A program made the position numbers and the translations under genes. A stretch of DNA of 63,923 bases, the filler included, from Salisapilia sapeloensis CBS 127946 (taxonomy: Eukaryota > Protista > Oomycota), in assembly GCA_023334545.1 (NCBI GenBank). It is 10 parts of 10 records of this genome, joined end to end, with 100 filler letters (N's around TTAATTAATTAA, not from the genome) between each part and the next. Parts side by side here need not be neighbours in the genome. Positions count along the whole stretch, not along the records: positions 15,763 to 22,782 come from JAADVB010000538.1; positions 22,883 to 26,584 come from JAADVB010000729.1; positions 26,685 to 45,446 come from JAADVB010000318.1; 7 more parts are not named here. The stretch is one strand, 5' to 3'. The notes under the pieces were generated by a model. It made no database searches and was not told where the DNA came from. It was given only the letters and a program-made list of their open reading frames with translations. Positions 20,795 through 33,455 of this stretch are shown here, piece after piece; the first letter of the stretch is position 1; each line of letters starts with the position of its first letter.

Positions 20795-22305
20795 ATGAAG
20801 CTGACGGTCAAGACACTACAGGGCGTTGCTTTCCCACTCGAAGCTCAAGAAACTGATACGGTACATTCCTCTACTCCTATGTTTTTATATGAACACATCT
20901 TCATTCATTTTGTTCTACCTGGATATTGTTCTTATCGATATATGGTACTTGTAGGTCGAAAGCCTAAAGGAGAAGATTGAGAATGCCCAAGGCTTTGCTA
21001 AAGCTCAGCAGAAACTGATTCATGCTGGAAAAGTCCTCAAGGATGACTCCAAACTGAGCGAGTACGGTGTTAAAGAAAACGATTTTATTGTCGTCATGGT
21101 CACCAAGGTAGCGTTTACCATCTTATATTCGTGTCATCCAGTGCTAATACGACTCTTATAGCCAAAGCCATCGAGAGCAGCACCGACTCCGGCTGCAACT
21201 CCGGCCCCTGCCCAAGCTCCTGCCCCAGCTACATCGTCACAACCTTCGGCAGAGACCACTCCCGCAGCTCCGACGCCAGCCACCTCTGCCCCCAATACGT
21301 CTGCAGCTTCCAGCAGTGGCTCTGCGACGGCTACCGCTGCACCTGCTAGTACCAATGCGGGTACTTCGTCGGTATGTCCACTTATACTGCTCCAAACAGA
21401 CAAAATAGTTTTTAAAAATACTGTAGGGAGAGGAAACGAATGCCGCCGTCCAGCAACTCTGTGACATGGGCTTCCCAGAAGACCAAGTGCGTGCTGCTCT
21501 ACGCGCAGCCTTTAACAATCCCGATCGAGCGGTCGAATACCTGATGAATGGCATTCCTTCGTCCTCTGCGAGCGTCACGCCGTCGGAACCGGCTACGACG
21601 AATGCTCCTACGTCTGGTGCCGAAGCGTTGCAGGCACTACGCCGCCACCCTCAGTTCAACACCTTCCGACAGCAGATTCAGCAGAACCCTGCTTCGTTGC
21701 CGCAAGTCCTCCAGGCGATCGGCTCGCAAGACCCGAATCTACTCAGCGCTATCCACCAGAATCAGGAAGAGTTCTTGCGGTTGTTGAACGAACCAGTGTC
21801 TGAGACTGAGTCGACCCCAGCGCCTCAATCCGGTGCCTCTTCTGGTGGCATGGACCTCGGATCTCTTGGTGGAGGCGGCATGCCGTCCCCGCAGCAGATT
21901 CAGCAGCTCGTGGACTCGCTCTCGGATGAGCAACTTGGTCAGATGGCCCAGCAAATGGGCATGTCGGCCGAACAGCTTCGTGGCTTGAGCCAAATGCTGA
22001 GTCAGATGCCGCCTGAAGCAATGGAGCAGATGATGGCGTCTGGTGGCATGGGCGGTGAAGGTGGAGCCGTTCCGCCCGGAGCTGTACGAATCGAATTGAC
22101 GCAAGAAGAGATGTCGGCTGTGGACCGACTATGCGACCTCGGCTTTGACCGTAACGAAGTCGTCCAAGCGTATTTGGCGTGCGACAAGAATGAAGCGCTC
22201 GCAGCGAACTTTTTAATGGATTCGATGCAAGAGGACATGAATGCTAGCGGTGGAAGCGGCGGCGCCGGTGGTGCAGGTGGAGATAACGACGATATCTACG
22301 GCTAA
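20795..22305 (+). CDS. RAD23: UV excision repair / proteasome shuttle factor RAD23 (UBL-UBA-XPC-binding-UBA), 4 exons
   Basis: MKLTVKTLQG...QKLIHAGKVLKD UBL; MGFPEDQVRAALRAAFNNPDRAVEYL UBA; LRRHPQFNTFRQQIQQNP; and LGFDRNEVVQAYLACDKNEALAANFL. Confidence 0.96.
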
Positions 22306-22882
22306 GAGAATCACACGAAACATTTGGAACGAGGAAAGCTTGGCTCACTTGTGCAGTCTTAGAAACCTTTTATTACGATTTGGTTGAATGGAAAAGAAAC
22401 TTAAACGAAGAAGACTTGATTGAAATGGATATTGTCGATACAAAAAAAAAGAAAACACGGAAGTAGAATATAAAAAAGAGAATGGGAACAACTTCTCATA
22501 TCACTCCCCCCACTCACGCTGCCTTGGAATGACGGCTACGGACGTTCATCAAACGGAGCGTTGTACACGAGTCAAAAGACAAGCAAACAAGCACCAAACT
22601 TCCCGAATCAATGAGAGGAGTCGAATACGATCATCAAAGTTGTTAAGATCGTCTACATTGGAAAACCAAGTAGAATAGAGAGTACTATAGAATTAGATCC
22701 TGTGCAAGTACGGTCTTAACTCTAAATCTGTATGGTACTAGTTAGTTTATAATGCAAAATTGTTCGAAAGGGTTGACAATGANNNNNNNNNNNNNNNNNN
22801 NNNNNNNNNNNNNNNNNNNNNNNNNNTTAATTAATTAANNNNNNNNNNNNNNNNNNNNNNNNNNNNNNNNNNNNNNNNNNNN

Positions 22883-23023
22883 AGTTGCCGCGAGAGCACT
22901 CGTGTTACTTCTTGTGACCCGATCATCGTTTCGGATCGACGTGATGGCGGAATCAGGTGTCCGTCTTCAACAAATGATCTACCTTCTGCTCCGGACTGTC
23001 CGCTTATACGGAGTGACGAGAGA
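22883..23023. repeat. Left arm of a 141-bp exact terminal inverted repeat of contig 22883-26584
   Basis: Exact reverse complement of 26444-26584, followed by about 20 bp of decaying similarity. Confidence 0.97.
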
Positions 23024-23222
23024 GTGCTTATCCTCTCGCTCTTTCTAATAGGTCGTATTCACGGACACCGTCATGATCTGATTAATTCCCATTACATGTT
23101 TAATTTCTACTTCTAATCTTAGAAATATTCGCCTACTCTAAGTCTTTGGCTAGCTCGTATGATGGTTTCAAAGTAGAGTTACTACTACATTCCACGCCTT
23201 TTTGACGCTTTTATAAGGTCTT

Positions 23223-26200
23223 ATGGACATCGAGGAGCATTTAAGACTAGTGTTGGAACAAACTGAAAAGAGGTGTGAGAGACCGAAAGATGAATCATTT
23301 TTGCCCTTCGCGTTCGCAGTGTCGGCACTAGTCTTTGAACCTGCAGTGGCACTTGAGCCGACACCTGGGACGATGTCTTTCCACCACATCGACTGTTTAC
23401 CCCAAGCGACTCTCGAAGCCCACGCAAAATCTTTGGCAAACGACTACCCAACCCACGCAGCAAGATTGCTGCACTCTTTACTTTTATACACCAAAGTCAC
23501 GCGGAGCGTCTTATCCCGGTGCTACGATCATTTTAGTGGTCAAAGCTCTTGTAATCAAACGTGTGAGGCAATCGTCAGTACGATTCACACAGCTCTAAGT
23601 AGTCCTGTCAGTGCACAAGGCTTCCAGCAGCCGTCAAAACGTATTGAGCCAATATCGAGAACATTAGAAAGTAATCAAGTCACTCAAAATCCTTCGACTC
23701 CACCTATAGCTCCGACGGTATCCACTATCCAGAACCACGGTAAGTTGGAACAAGTCATCCCAGAACAAACGCATCGACGTAAAGAAAGAAAAGCGATATC
23801 TGAGCAACAATACCTAGCATTACAGCAATTTGTACACGGCAAAGCCGAGGAGCCAAGAGTCAAGAAACCTGAAAGAATGAATGCTGCGTATAAAGAATGC
23901 TTTCAATTGCCTGTAGTTGCCACAAAGGATACAAAAGCAAGTAGACTAGAAGACGATCTCCGCCGGTTACGAAATGTTATCAAGTCCATGAGAGAGTTTA
24001 CAGACGATTGGGAATTGCAACGCGAAGGGCTTTCCTTTCTTTCGTCGCTACTCAGTAGCAACGTCAATAATCAAGTCTTGAAAGAAATCACTTCTGCTGA
24101 CACGATGGAAACAGTCTCCCAATCTATGCAGATCCTATCGTCGGAGGTAGATGCTCAGCGAGCTGCCTTGACAATTATCGCTCATCCTGGAGTTGCTGGT
24201 ATTTATAACCAGGTTATCTAATAGCTTTCTCCAACTCATCTTCTTATCAACGTAGGAATTACGGATATGAGTCATCGATCTACTTGTTGGAAAAGTGTAT
24301 TTGCGACGATGAAGAGGCTCGTAGAAGTTGAACGGATCCAAGCGCTAGGTTGCTTGGCACTGGTTCAGCTTTTGCACGCTAATCGTAAGGTTTGAATTCT
24401 CATGGGAAGATAGAATGCAAACTAATGGGATATTGAAACTGCAGGCAAGTTTGCTCCAGAGATGGTTGATAAAGGTGTGGTGGCAAGTGTTATCGATGCT
24501 ATGCTGACATTCGAGGACAGCTCACTAGTCCAAGCTTCCGGCTGCCATTTTTTTTCGGTCATTTCAGACTTTAACAGTATGGCTCATATACTTGAATCAA
24601 TTCAGTATCGTTAGTGCTGACATCCAGGCAACCAATGCTATATGGATATAGATGACATCAAACAACGATGTATCCAAAGTGGAGCTTTTGGCGCTTGTGA
24701 AAAAGCTCGTCTCCGCTTTTTAGATGAGGATAGAGTGCAACAATATGCAATACCTGCTCTACAGGCTCTGGAAGTGGAATTGATATTGCCTACGGAAAAC
24801 GAAACGGAATGCAACATTCAGTGAGCATAAATAGATTTATATTCCTTTCTTTCGCGTATAGTACAAATGATCTCTACTGGTTTGCTTGCTTCCTTACATG
24901 AGCATTCCAGTGGTGACTTTGATCAAGACCGAAAGCATGTTGTGGAGAATATTCTCCTGACACTTTGGAATAGCGGACAATCGATCCAGTTAGTGGAGCA
25001 GCAAATTGATCCATCCGCTCTTGTACCTCTCGTAAAATTGATTACATCAAACAGCCCTGAACTAGCACGGGCAAGCAGTGCACTTTGCGAAGTATTGAGT
25101 AGAAGCAAGAAACTGAGCGAGATGCTGGACCAGGCCGGATTGTACCAAGTAGCACTTGACCTCATGAACAGGATGTCGACTTCTTCTGTACCCGCTAAAA
25201 TAGATGGCAGTGAACTTACGCAGAGCATGTGCTCCATACGAATATTAGGAAACTTCCTTCATCATTTATCTAGCAAAGCGAGTACAGAAAAGAGTGAAGA
25301 TGTTATATGTGCACTCCTTACGCTGCCTATTCGTTATCCGAAAGACATAGCCATAGCATCAATGCACGAACTGGTTGTCTTTATGGATAACATTCCGCAT
25401 TCTCAAAGGAATAACTGGATGGCTAGTGCGAAGATTAAGGACAATGTTGTCGTGATTATTGGTCTCTATTGCAAAGACAAAGTAACTGAAATGATGTTGA
25501 ACCGACAAGACGCTACAATTACTTCCAAGCACCTCGAACTATTGGCATGTTTTGCATCCTTTAACACGACTTTGGCGGAGCTACTGCACGAACACAAATC
25601 TGTCGATCTTGCATTGTCGAGTCTCCATCATCCAGATATCGATATTCATATCGGAGCACTAACCTTAGTACTATGTCTGTTAAACGATCCATCTTCTAGT
25701 GCGTGTATTTCCGATACTTGCACGAGCCTCATTGAGTCTCGTCATATATCGACGCTTTCGTGGTTAGTGGGACATACCAACGAATATGTAAGCCGGACGG
25801 CAACCTCAGTCTTGCAAACAGTCATGCGAGTTGGAAATATGTCTAAATTACTGTCCGTACTGGTGCATCAAGGATGTCTAGTTACATTTTATAACTTTTC
25901 TTGCTCCAAGAATGCTCAGATGGTTCAAAAATCAGGGAACGAGTTGATGCAATGGTGCGTTCTAGCAGCGGAGCAAGATCTCCCAGCATTACAGACAATC
26001 GCACGCCAAATTGAAACAATGAAAGATGCTCAATTGCAGACGAACACTACACTCGCTCTCTTTCTACTGGTACAATCTAGTCCAAATGTACGGGAGATGC
26101 TCCAAACTATCGGGTTTGGCACGTTAATCTTACCAGAAACTCTTCATTCATTATCTTTAGCAGAAAATCTTGATGACGATGAGCGCATTGATACAACTGA

Positions 26201-26584
26201 ATTTGCTGCTAGCATTCTATCCTTTGCTGCCACCGAATGGGACCCATCTACCTCTTCTATCGCGAATGCGCTAAAGGGCAACCTTCCTTGTCAAACGACT
26301 AGTGATATAAACTACTCATCCTCGAATGTGCACTCTGCTTTTGGCTTAATGAACACTTCAACTTCGACTGATGCAAGGCACACTCATGTGTCCGGTAATC
26401 TCGACAAAAACGCTCAACAAGAAGAAAGCCAGCGGATAAGCAATCTCTCGTCACTCCGTATAAGCGGACAGTCCGGAGCAGAAGGTAGATCATTTGTTGA
26501 AGACGGACACCTGATTCCGCCATCACGTCGATCCGAAACGATGATCGGGTCACAAGAAGTAACACGAGTGCTCTCGCGGCAACT
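23223..26584 (+). CDS. Large armadillo/HEAT-like helical repeat protein, multi-exon, 3'-truncated at the contig end
   Basis: ORFs 23223-24221 and 24867 onward plus short exons with ARM-type segments (IQALGCLAL; VIDAMLTFEDSSLVQASGC). The frame is open into the spacer. It could be two genes. Confidence 0.6.
26444..26584. repeat. Right arm of the 141-bp terminal inverted repeat (inside the ARM-protein ORF)
   Basis: Reverse complement of 22883-23023. Confidence 0.97.
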
Positions 26585-27442
26585 NNNNNNNNNNNNNNNN
26601 NNNNNNNNNNNNNNNNNNNNNNNNNNNNTTAATTAATTAANNNNNNNNNNNNNNNNNNNNNNNNNNNNNNNNNNNNNNNNNNNNAAACAAGTCAAGTTCA
26701 TATTTGGTTGTTATATCTATCGTCGTTCTACCTGTCATCTCTACTGAGGCGAAGTACCTGTGCACTTTCTCAAGAAATGGCGAAGAGTTCAATGTTGCAA
26801 ATAAATCGAACGAAACTTCAACCTGAAGGGCTTCGAGGATACACCACGATACACTCGGCACTAGTCCCGCTAAAGCATGGAAGAGGAACAGACGATAAAC
26901 GTAGATAGGAATGGAAAGGTGGATAGCGATGTAAGCATAGGACGAACCGCCAAAGATTTGGACATTGATTCCTACTACACTTTATCCATGTTTGTTTTCA
27001 TATTGCCTATAATGCCTTGCACAATACCCAGTTATATGCACAACGAACATAGCCTTGATACTCCTCCAGAAAGCACGCAAACACAGGATTCAGTGTTATG
27101 ACTCTACTAATGAGGCTAGCTTTCGGTGCAGCTTAAATTGCATTTCACCGTGTTTGCCCAAGTTACCATGTAGTGCACATGACCTTAAATTGCTTCAATA
27201 GCAAAGGTACGTTGTATTATAGAAATAACTGGAAAATGCAGGGCTGGTGTATATTTTACAGCGTCGTTGGCACTGCTGTTCTTTCTAAATGCGAGAGGCA
27301 ACGACGTCGAAGTCGATACAGCAGAAATGAAAATCTCCTGAACTTTCCTAGGATAGCACGAACAGAATTGAATACTAAATATAGCCCAGATATACGATCC
27401 AGCACCAAGAAAGTATTTTACCATCCCTAGAAAGCAAGTGCA

Positions 27443-28153
27443 GTGATGAGCATGGCATCTTTCGTTCATCTTTCCCGTGTAGATGTTCAACATCTCAAAA
27501 CTGCCGGACTGCAAGTCGGTGAAAACCAGTGCATCGAGGATGTGTTTGGCTTTCAAACCAATACAAATACATTTGATAAGGGTGTTGTGCACTTGCTACG
27601 TCGTATAGATGGCAAAAGTATTCCAGCATCGACTGGATCCCAGCCTGTTCGGACGCCCAAAGTGGTGAAAGCATCCAAGCGACGCTATGTTACACCATCT
27701 CACAATATCATTCGTCGTTCAGGTCGGTCCTCTTCCTCCTTATCGAACGCAAGCCAGCATACTCCGAGCAAAGACAAAAAGCGAAAACCCTCGAGCGCAT
27801 CAGTAGATGCATCTTTGTCGTCTCAGGGAATAGTTCCTCGAAAACGACCAAAACAGAAAAACGCTGCCATCATTAAGCAAGTCATCATGCAATCGGGACA
27901 AGACCGTGAAAGACAAGATTTGTCGTCTCCTCTCCAAATTCATCGAAATGTTTCTGCAAGCCTGGAGGAAAGGATTGATGATGCAGCGAGTTTAGCTTTA
28001 GAAAAGGACAGGATCGACAAAAAGTATTTGTGTTCCATACAGACAACATTAGAAGGCTTCGCGGAGCGGATTCGAAGCGTATGGCAAGATTTGAAGGATA
28101 CGAACGAATCGATGAAGCAAGTGCTGGATGAAGCCAACGATGAGATTATGTAG
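27443..28153 (+). CDS. Hypothetical protein (basic low-complexity middle, coiled-coil C-terminus); 5' end uncertain
   Basis: 236-aa ORF in a gene-dense contig; no family recognised. Confidence 0.45.
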   Translation: MMSMASFVHLSRVDVQHLKTAGLQVGENQCIEDVFGFQTNTNTFDKGVVHLLRRIDGKSIPASTGSQPVRTPKVVKASKRRYVTPSHNIIRRSGRSSSSLSNASQHTPSKDKKRKPSSASVDASLSSQGIVPRKRPKQKNAAIIKQVIMQSGQDRERQDLSSPLQIHRNVSASLEERIDDAASLALEKDRIDKKYLCSIQTTLEGFAERIRSVWQDLKDTNESMKQVLDEANDEIM

Positions 28154-28295
28154 CGAAAAGCAGAACTCTGCACGGTCAGGTTACCAGTGAAAGTGAATAG
28201 AGTTGCGTCTTTCACTTGAAAAAGTTTTGCAGTCACTCCTGCTGTCTAAATATAGTTGTTCCAATGTAGTGGTCGATGGAACCTTGCTCAGACCA

Positions 28296-29322
28296 ATGCA
28301 GGATAACAGCTCACGAGAAGAGCATAACGATGAAGAAGACGGAGTGGTAATGGATGAGCAAGAAGTTGCTCTTTTCCAAGATTTCCATTCTCCGAAACCG
28401 GTGCGAAAGATATGGGAGCGACACTTGCCAACCTCCACTTCTCCTCGATCGATCGCCATATGTGATTGCCTCTCCATGGCTAAGAAGGGGCGTTATTCAG
28501 AGTATTCGTGTCTTGCTCATGACTTGACACTTCGAAATTCATTGCCCAGTCCTCGTGCCCTTGGGCCAATGGCCTTATCGCCAGAGCGCTTGGAACCATC
28601 GATACTGTATCGATCAGCCCAATTGGATCTGCAATTGGGCCTTTCAAGCAGCCTTGATCAACTCGAAAGCTTTTCCGATCTCCAGGCAAAGAGTATGTCA
28701 AATTCAGAAAGCTCCTCATCATTGCCTCAACTATCTCCAAGGGCAGCTTTTAATGTACATGCGATGGCGAGATCGCCTCTTCGGAGTGCCAAAAAGACGT
28801 TTGTCAATGAGAAGGTAAGTGGAAATGTATTCTTCTCCAACACGCACAGAATGGCCAGAAGCTAATTAATTATCACAGCAAGATGTATCGGTATTGGCGA
28901 TGGAGAAGACACACCGGCTTGCTCATTCAAAGATTGAGGAGATGATAGCAGGGTATTCGAAGCTCATAAGCATCAATGCCGATATCCCGAGGGATATGGC
29001 TATCATACATGCCCGTCGATCTATACTTTACGCCGCGATAAGTGATTTTGAGAAGGCAATAGAAGATGCCGAAGAGTGCATTCGACTCGGAACAGCTACC
29101 GCGGTGGTATGCTAGTGATACTTCAATAGATGAACTGCTTGACTAAAGCTAATGTGGTAGGAACCGCTTGGGTATTATCGAAAAGGGTATGCATCATTCG
29201 CGCTTGGTCGAATCGCGGATGCAGCGGAAGCGTTTCAAAAGGGACTAGAACACGATACGCGATCTCCGCATCTACGACGTGCACTTGACATCACTCTTAA
29301 ATGTCTTCGACATAGTCAGTAG
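28296..29322 (+). CDS. TPR-repeat protein with a disordered N-terminus (3 exons)
   Basis: Introns 28815-28878 and about 29107-29160 give RSILYAAISDFEKAIEDAEECI...GYYRKGYASFALGRIADAAEAFQKGLEHD, a typical TPR pair. Confidence 0.72.
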
Positions 29323-29483
29323 TAAAAGTAGATTGTGTTTAAACAAGTTATGAAAGCACTCGCTTGGAACGTCTCTAGCGATAGACAGAAGAATATAATA
29401 CAACATAAAGCAGCATGGAAAGAGGAAAGTGTAAATGTCGTGTTTTAACTTGCACGAGGTTACCACACCGAAACCAGAGTACA

Positions 29484-31059
29484 TCACATGATGCTGCAGT
29501 TTTCCTGAGTCGCATCACCGCCATTTGCTAGTGTACACAAGGTCAATGTACGTTCATTTGAGTATGTACAAAAGAGATCCTACCGGTAGAACCTGGCATT
29601 CCTGCCATTCCCGGGAACATACCACCGCCCTAAGATACACAGACGAGTTCAATATATGTTCTTAATAACCAGATGAGAGGGGTGTGTACCATGTTGGGCA
29701 TGATCGGCATGCCTTCGTCATCAAACTGCAGACCGGGAGCGAGTTCCTTGACGATCTCGGACGGGGGTTGGCCAGTCTCCTGCATCTCTTGCATAAGCTC
29801 CGACAGTCGAGCATAATTCTCCGGCTCCGATTCATAAACTGCTACGATCTTCTGGAAGTACTGATACTGCTTTCCATATCTACTCAAAAGTAGTTCACAG
29901 GACTGTTTATCTTTTGATAGTAGGTAAAAAGTACCTTTCATAGTCTTCTTTCGACAAGAGCGACTCTTTCTCTGCAAGCCACTCCGGGTACTATTTGAAG
30001 GAAGTCAGTTTGCGTGTAAGCTTGGTAGAGAAAGAGGTCGAGACGAACTTTATCACAGATCTGCTTCATCGGCTCGTACATGACGTCCTTGGACAAGAGC
30101 TGGTTCATCATACCGTCTACCAAATCTTGGAAATCGTTCTATAGATACTGTTTTCAGTGCCATGGGTGCCCATCTCACATGAAAAAAGCTACCTTTTCAC
30201 CCATTTCCTCGAAATTCTTCATCATCTCCTCCATCATCTCTTCGCCCATCTGCTCTAACTTGGCACTGTCCATGCCTTCTGTATCCTCCGCAGCTTTCGA
30301 CATGTTCTAGCGAGTCGTACTTGTCAGCTGTCATGTATACCTCTACTTTGCTTGTATAGAATACCTGTAGTGTCCGAGCGACACCGACATTTACATCGCT
30401 TTCATCGCCAGTTTCATTGTCGCCACCCTCCACGGAGAGAGATCCAAGCAACGACTTTAGCTGCTCCTCGTCTGCATACCACATCATCAACATTTCTTGC
30501 CCACAAGAGGACACTGTACGGATCTACCTTTGCCACCAAGCTCTCGAAATGCCTGCTCCATCGCACTCTGGAACTCGGGATTCTGTGCGTCTTCCAGGAA
30601 TTTGTCCATGTTCTATAGATGTACATTCGCCTTATATGCACCATGTAGACAAATCTGATACGAGTAGAACACATACCTCCTTGAGCTCATCACCACCTTC
30701 AGTTCCACCAGTCGCAGAGGCATCGTTCGATGCCTTCGCTTGGTCTTTAGCAGCTAACCGATATCCAATGTAAACCTCTTTTTGCATATACACGAAGGTC
30801 AGGGGATTATACAGGCTGCCGAAGAAGCTTGGATTTCATCGCTAAAGTCTTCTAAAGCGTCTATAAAGCACAGATGCGGTACATCAAGTGAGCAAAGTTG
30901 TCGTGTCCAGTACCAGTCATGCCTTCCAGGGAACGACGCGTACTAAAGCAACAAAATATTCAACGCTATACCATCTAAGAGGTCATCTAATTCATCATCT
31001 TCTTCCTCTTTATTTGCCGGCACTGGTGCGGCCTGCTTGACCTCCTCGTTCGCACTCAT
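29484..31059 (-). CDS. PEX19: Peroxin-19, peroxisomal membrane protein chaperone, multi-exon
   Basis: N-terminal DDELDDLL...ALEDF, then MMNQLLSKDVMYEPMK, YPEWL and MQEMQETGQPPSEI. The C-terminal CaaX box CSIM* ends at 29484. Confidence 0.9.
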
Positions 31060-31119
31060 GTCTTCTTGTAAGCTGCTCACGTAATCCTCTCTTTCATATC
31101 CTTTCATATCTCTTTCATA

Positions 31120-31126
31120 GAAATGA
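31120..31126 (-). promoter_or_regulatory. Candidate oomycete initiator (Inr) TCATTTC upstream of PEX19
   Basis: Matches the YCAYTYY Inr consensus about 60 nt upstream of the ATG. The motif is short and could occur by chance. Confidence 0.35.
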
Positions 31127-31146
31127 TGAATACACTTGCAAATGAT

Positions 31147-33253
31147 TTAAACCGATTCGACTTGTTTATCGTCTTCTTTAACCTCCTCCTCATCTTCACT
31201 GTCATCAATCGTACACCTAGGGCCTGGAAGTGGAGGTGTGCCTGCACCTTTGTGCAATCCGGACTTTAAACCACTCGGTTGAGCCGAATCGGCCGGGACT
31301 TGCTGCCACTCGTCGTCTGAATTATTTGAACACTTTAACATTGCCATGACAATCATGACAATGGCAAAGAGTGCGCCAACGAGGACGCAGACAGCGATCC
31401 AAATCGCTTCCTTTTCTTCATCTTCCGACTCCACTTGTGCTATCTTTGTGTCGTTTAAAGTACCCTCCTCTGTCCCAACTTCCATGCCGTTTACATCAAA
31501 GTCACGATCTAGTACAACGTCAAAAGACGTTCTTGCATATATAGACATGGGAACGTACCACAGTTGGCTTCAGCAAATCCAAGGCGGTCGTTCTCGACAT
31601 CGAATATCACATCCAGACCCATCATGACACTCGCACCGAGTACTACCATCATGTCAGAACGCTCCTATCTACACTAAAAGTTTATAAAGGTCCTTACCTC
31701 CACCACTCCTTTCGGAAAAGTGCATATTGCCAGCTAAGCTTTTTCCATCGTCTCGCAACGACAAGTACTTGCTCGGTGGGATCACAAGCTGTACATCGTC
31801 GTCTTCCACCGAGCTATCAATGTCGCCACTACTGGAAGCACTGCTCATTCCAGCAATGACGATCGTAACATTCGGCAGGAGTTGTAAATCGTCTAGGTCG
31901 ATGCTCATGAGACTATCGTCGTACTCGATCCCACGAGATGCTTCTGCAAATGTACTTTCAAACGTATGCTTCGCACTCGCGACAAAGTACGTGTCGGTCG
32001 TGCCACTATCTACGATGACTCCCTTACCACTATTCAGAGCATTGGAAGTAATGTCTAGAGGTTTATCGCCTATAAATATCCGTTTGATGTACACTGGGTA
32101 CATTTTCTTGCTAGTGGGTTGCAACGGCGCGTACGCGACGCTTGTGTTATGCAAACTGTAGTCAATGCCGCCAAGTGTCAATGCTCCACCTTTTCGTCCG
32201 AAACACATGGAGAATAGATGGTGGTCGATTCGGCCTTCGGCTAGTAAATAAGGTACAAACGTTGGTCCTTGACGACCAAAGCCCATGATGCCATTCGCTT
32301 TCTGAGTCACGAATAATCCTTTGCAAGGTGTAAGACAAGGTAGACATATGTACGTGAGTGAAAGGGATACCTGTCTCTTTCGATTGGCAGCCGAACGGGA
32401 ATTTAATACCAAAGCGACGAAGGATAGGCTCGACATTCGAGTGGTTGAAAACGCCGAGCCATGCCAGGTCTTCCATGACTACAGCTTGCCACTTGCTGCC
32501 CTCTGTGTAGCTCTGCAACTATGTTAGGAACATCATTCGTAGCGAAGGGGCTAAAGAGAAGTGTACCTGCCGGACGTGGCAGAAGCCATCGGAGCAGGAG
32601 CTACAGTGGGGGAATACATTGCATTCTACGTATGCTGCTGTCGTAGATATATTCATGTCAAATAGTGGATCTGTATGTGTTCCACAGTCTGCACATCTGC
32701 GTGAATAGCAAAGTTATGATACATTTTATATAAGAAGTAAGCAAGTGACGAACGAGATGCAGGGGAGCGCAGTGAATCGACTGCCAGTGTCTACAATGAC
32801 TGAAGCTCGTTGAGCAGGAATGCCCAAGTATAGTTCAGCATAGTGCGTTCTACCATGTATGAAAAATAAGCACAAGATAGCCTTGAATATGTATCTATCA
32901 TGATGAATGTACCCATATCCGACACGCAGTGGTGATTCGGTCATTGCAAACTTGTACTCTTGTGATAACTCCTCCAACGATCCCCTTGCATCATCCTGTC
33001 TAGATTGTACAGGAGGATCAAGGGAAAGTCGTCGATGAATTCCTAGCTGCATGGCGTCACTCGTATCCGAGCGCGTCCAGTCTGTCCGCTGTAAATTGAG
33101 TTGTAGTACTTTGTCTTCCCCATTTCCTTCAACGGTATGAGCTCCAAATGTAGACAATATCCATAGACAGACGATGGTGTGACAGAACCGTCGGAATCGG
33201 TGCAAGTGAGTCATGACAGGACCTCTACGTCCTGAATAAGCGTGATCGATCAT
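31147..33253 (-). CDS. Type-I membrane A1 aspartic protease, plasmepsin V/ASP5-like (copy 1), multi-exon
   Basis: Signal-like N-terminus, THYAELYLG...VIVDTGS, QKANGIMGFG, second catalytic motif VIVDSGTTDTY, and a C-terminal TM helix (IWIAVCVLVGALFAIVMIVMAML) with an acidic tail. Confidence 0.88.
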
Positions 33254-33455
33254 TCGTTGTCTGATATAGTGTCGACTCTTCTAATTCATACTTAATTCCC
33301 ACTTTTAGGTCATACCTCGCTACTAAAACGTAATTAAAACATATGAAAAGCTCTAATAAATTCTTTTGGCATCAAAAAGAAAACTTTATTTCGTGTTCAT
33401 ACAAGGTTTCTGCGACTTTCATCTGTATCCGGCCATCATGTCCAGATCCAGAGTC

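Noticed and set aside
17567-31059. Apparent peroxisome cluster (TMEM135-like and PEX19)
   Set aside because: The genes are on different contigs, separated by two artificial spacers.
31089-31120. Three copies of ctttcata upstream of PEX19
   Set aside because: Too short and degenerate to separate from local slippage; no supported function.
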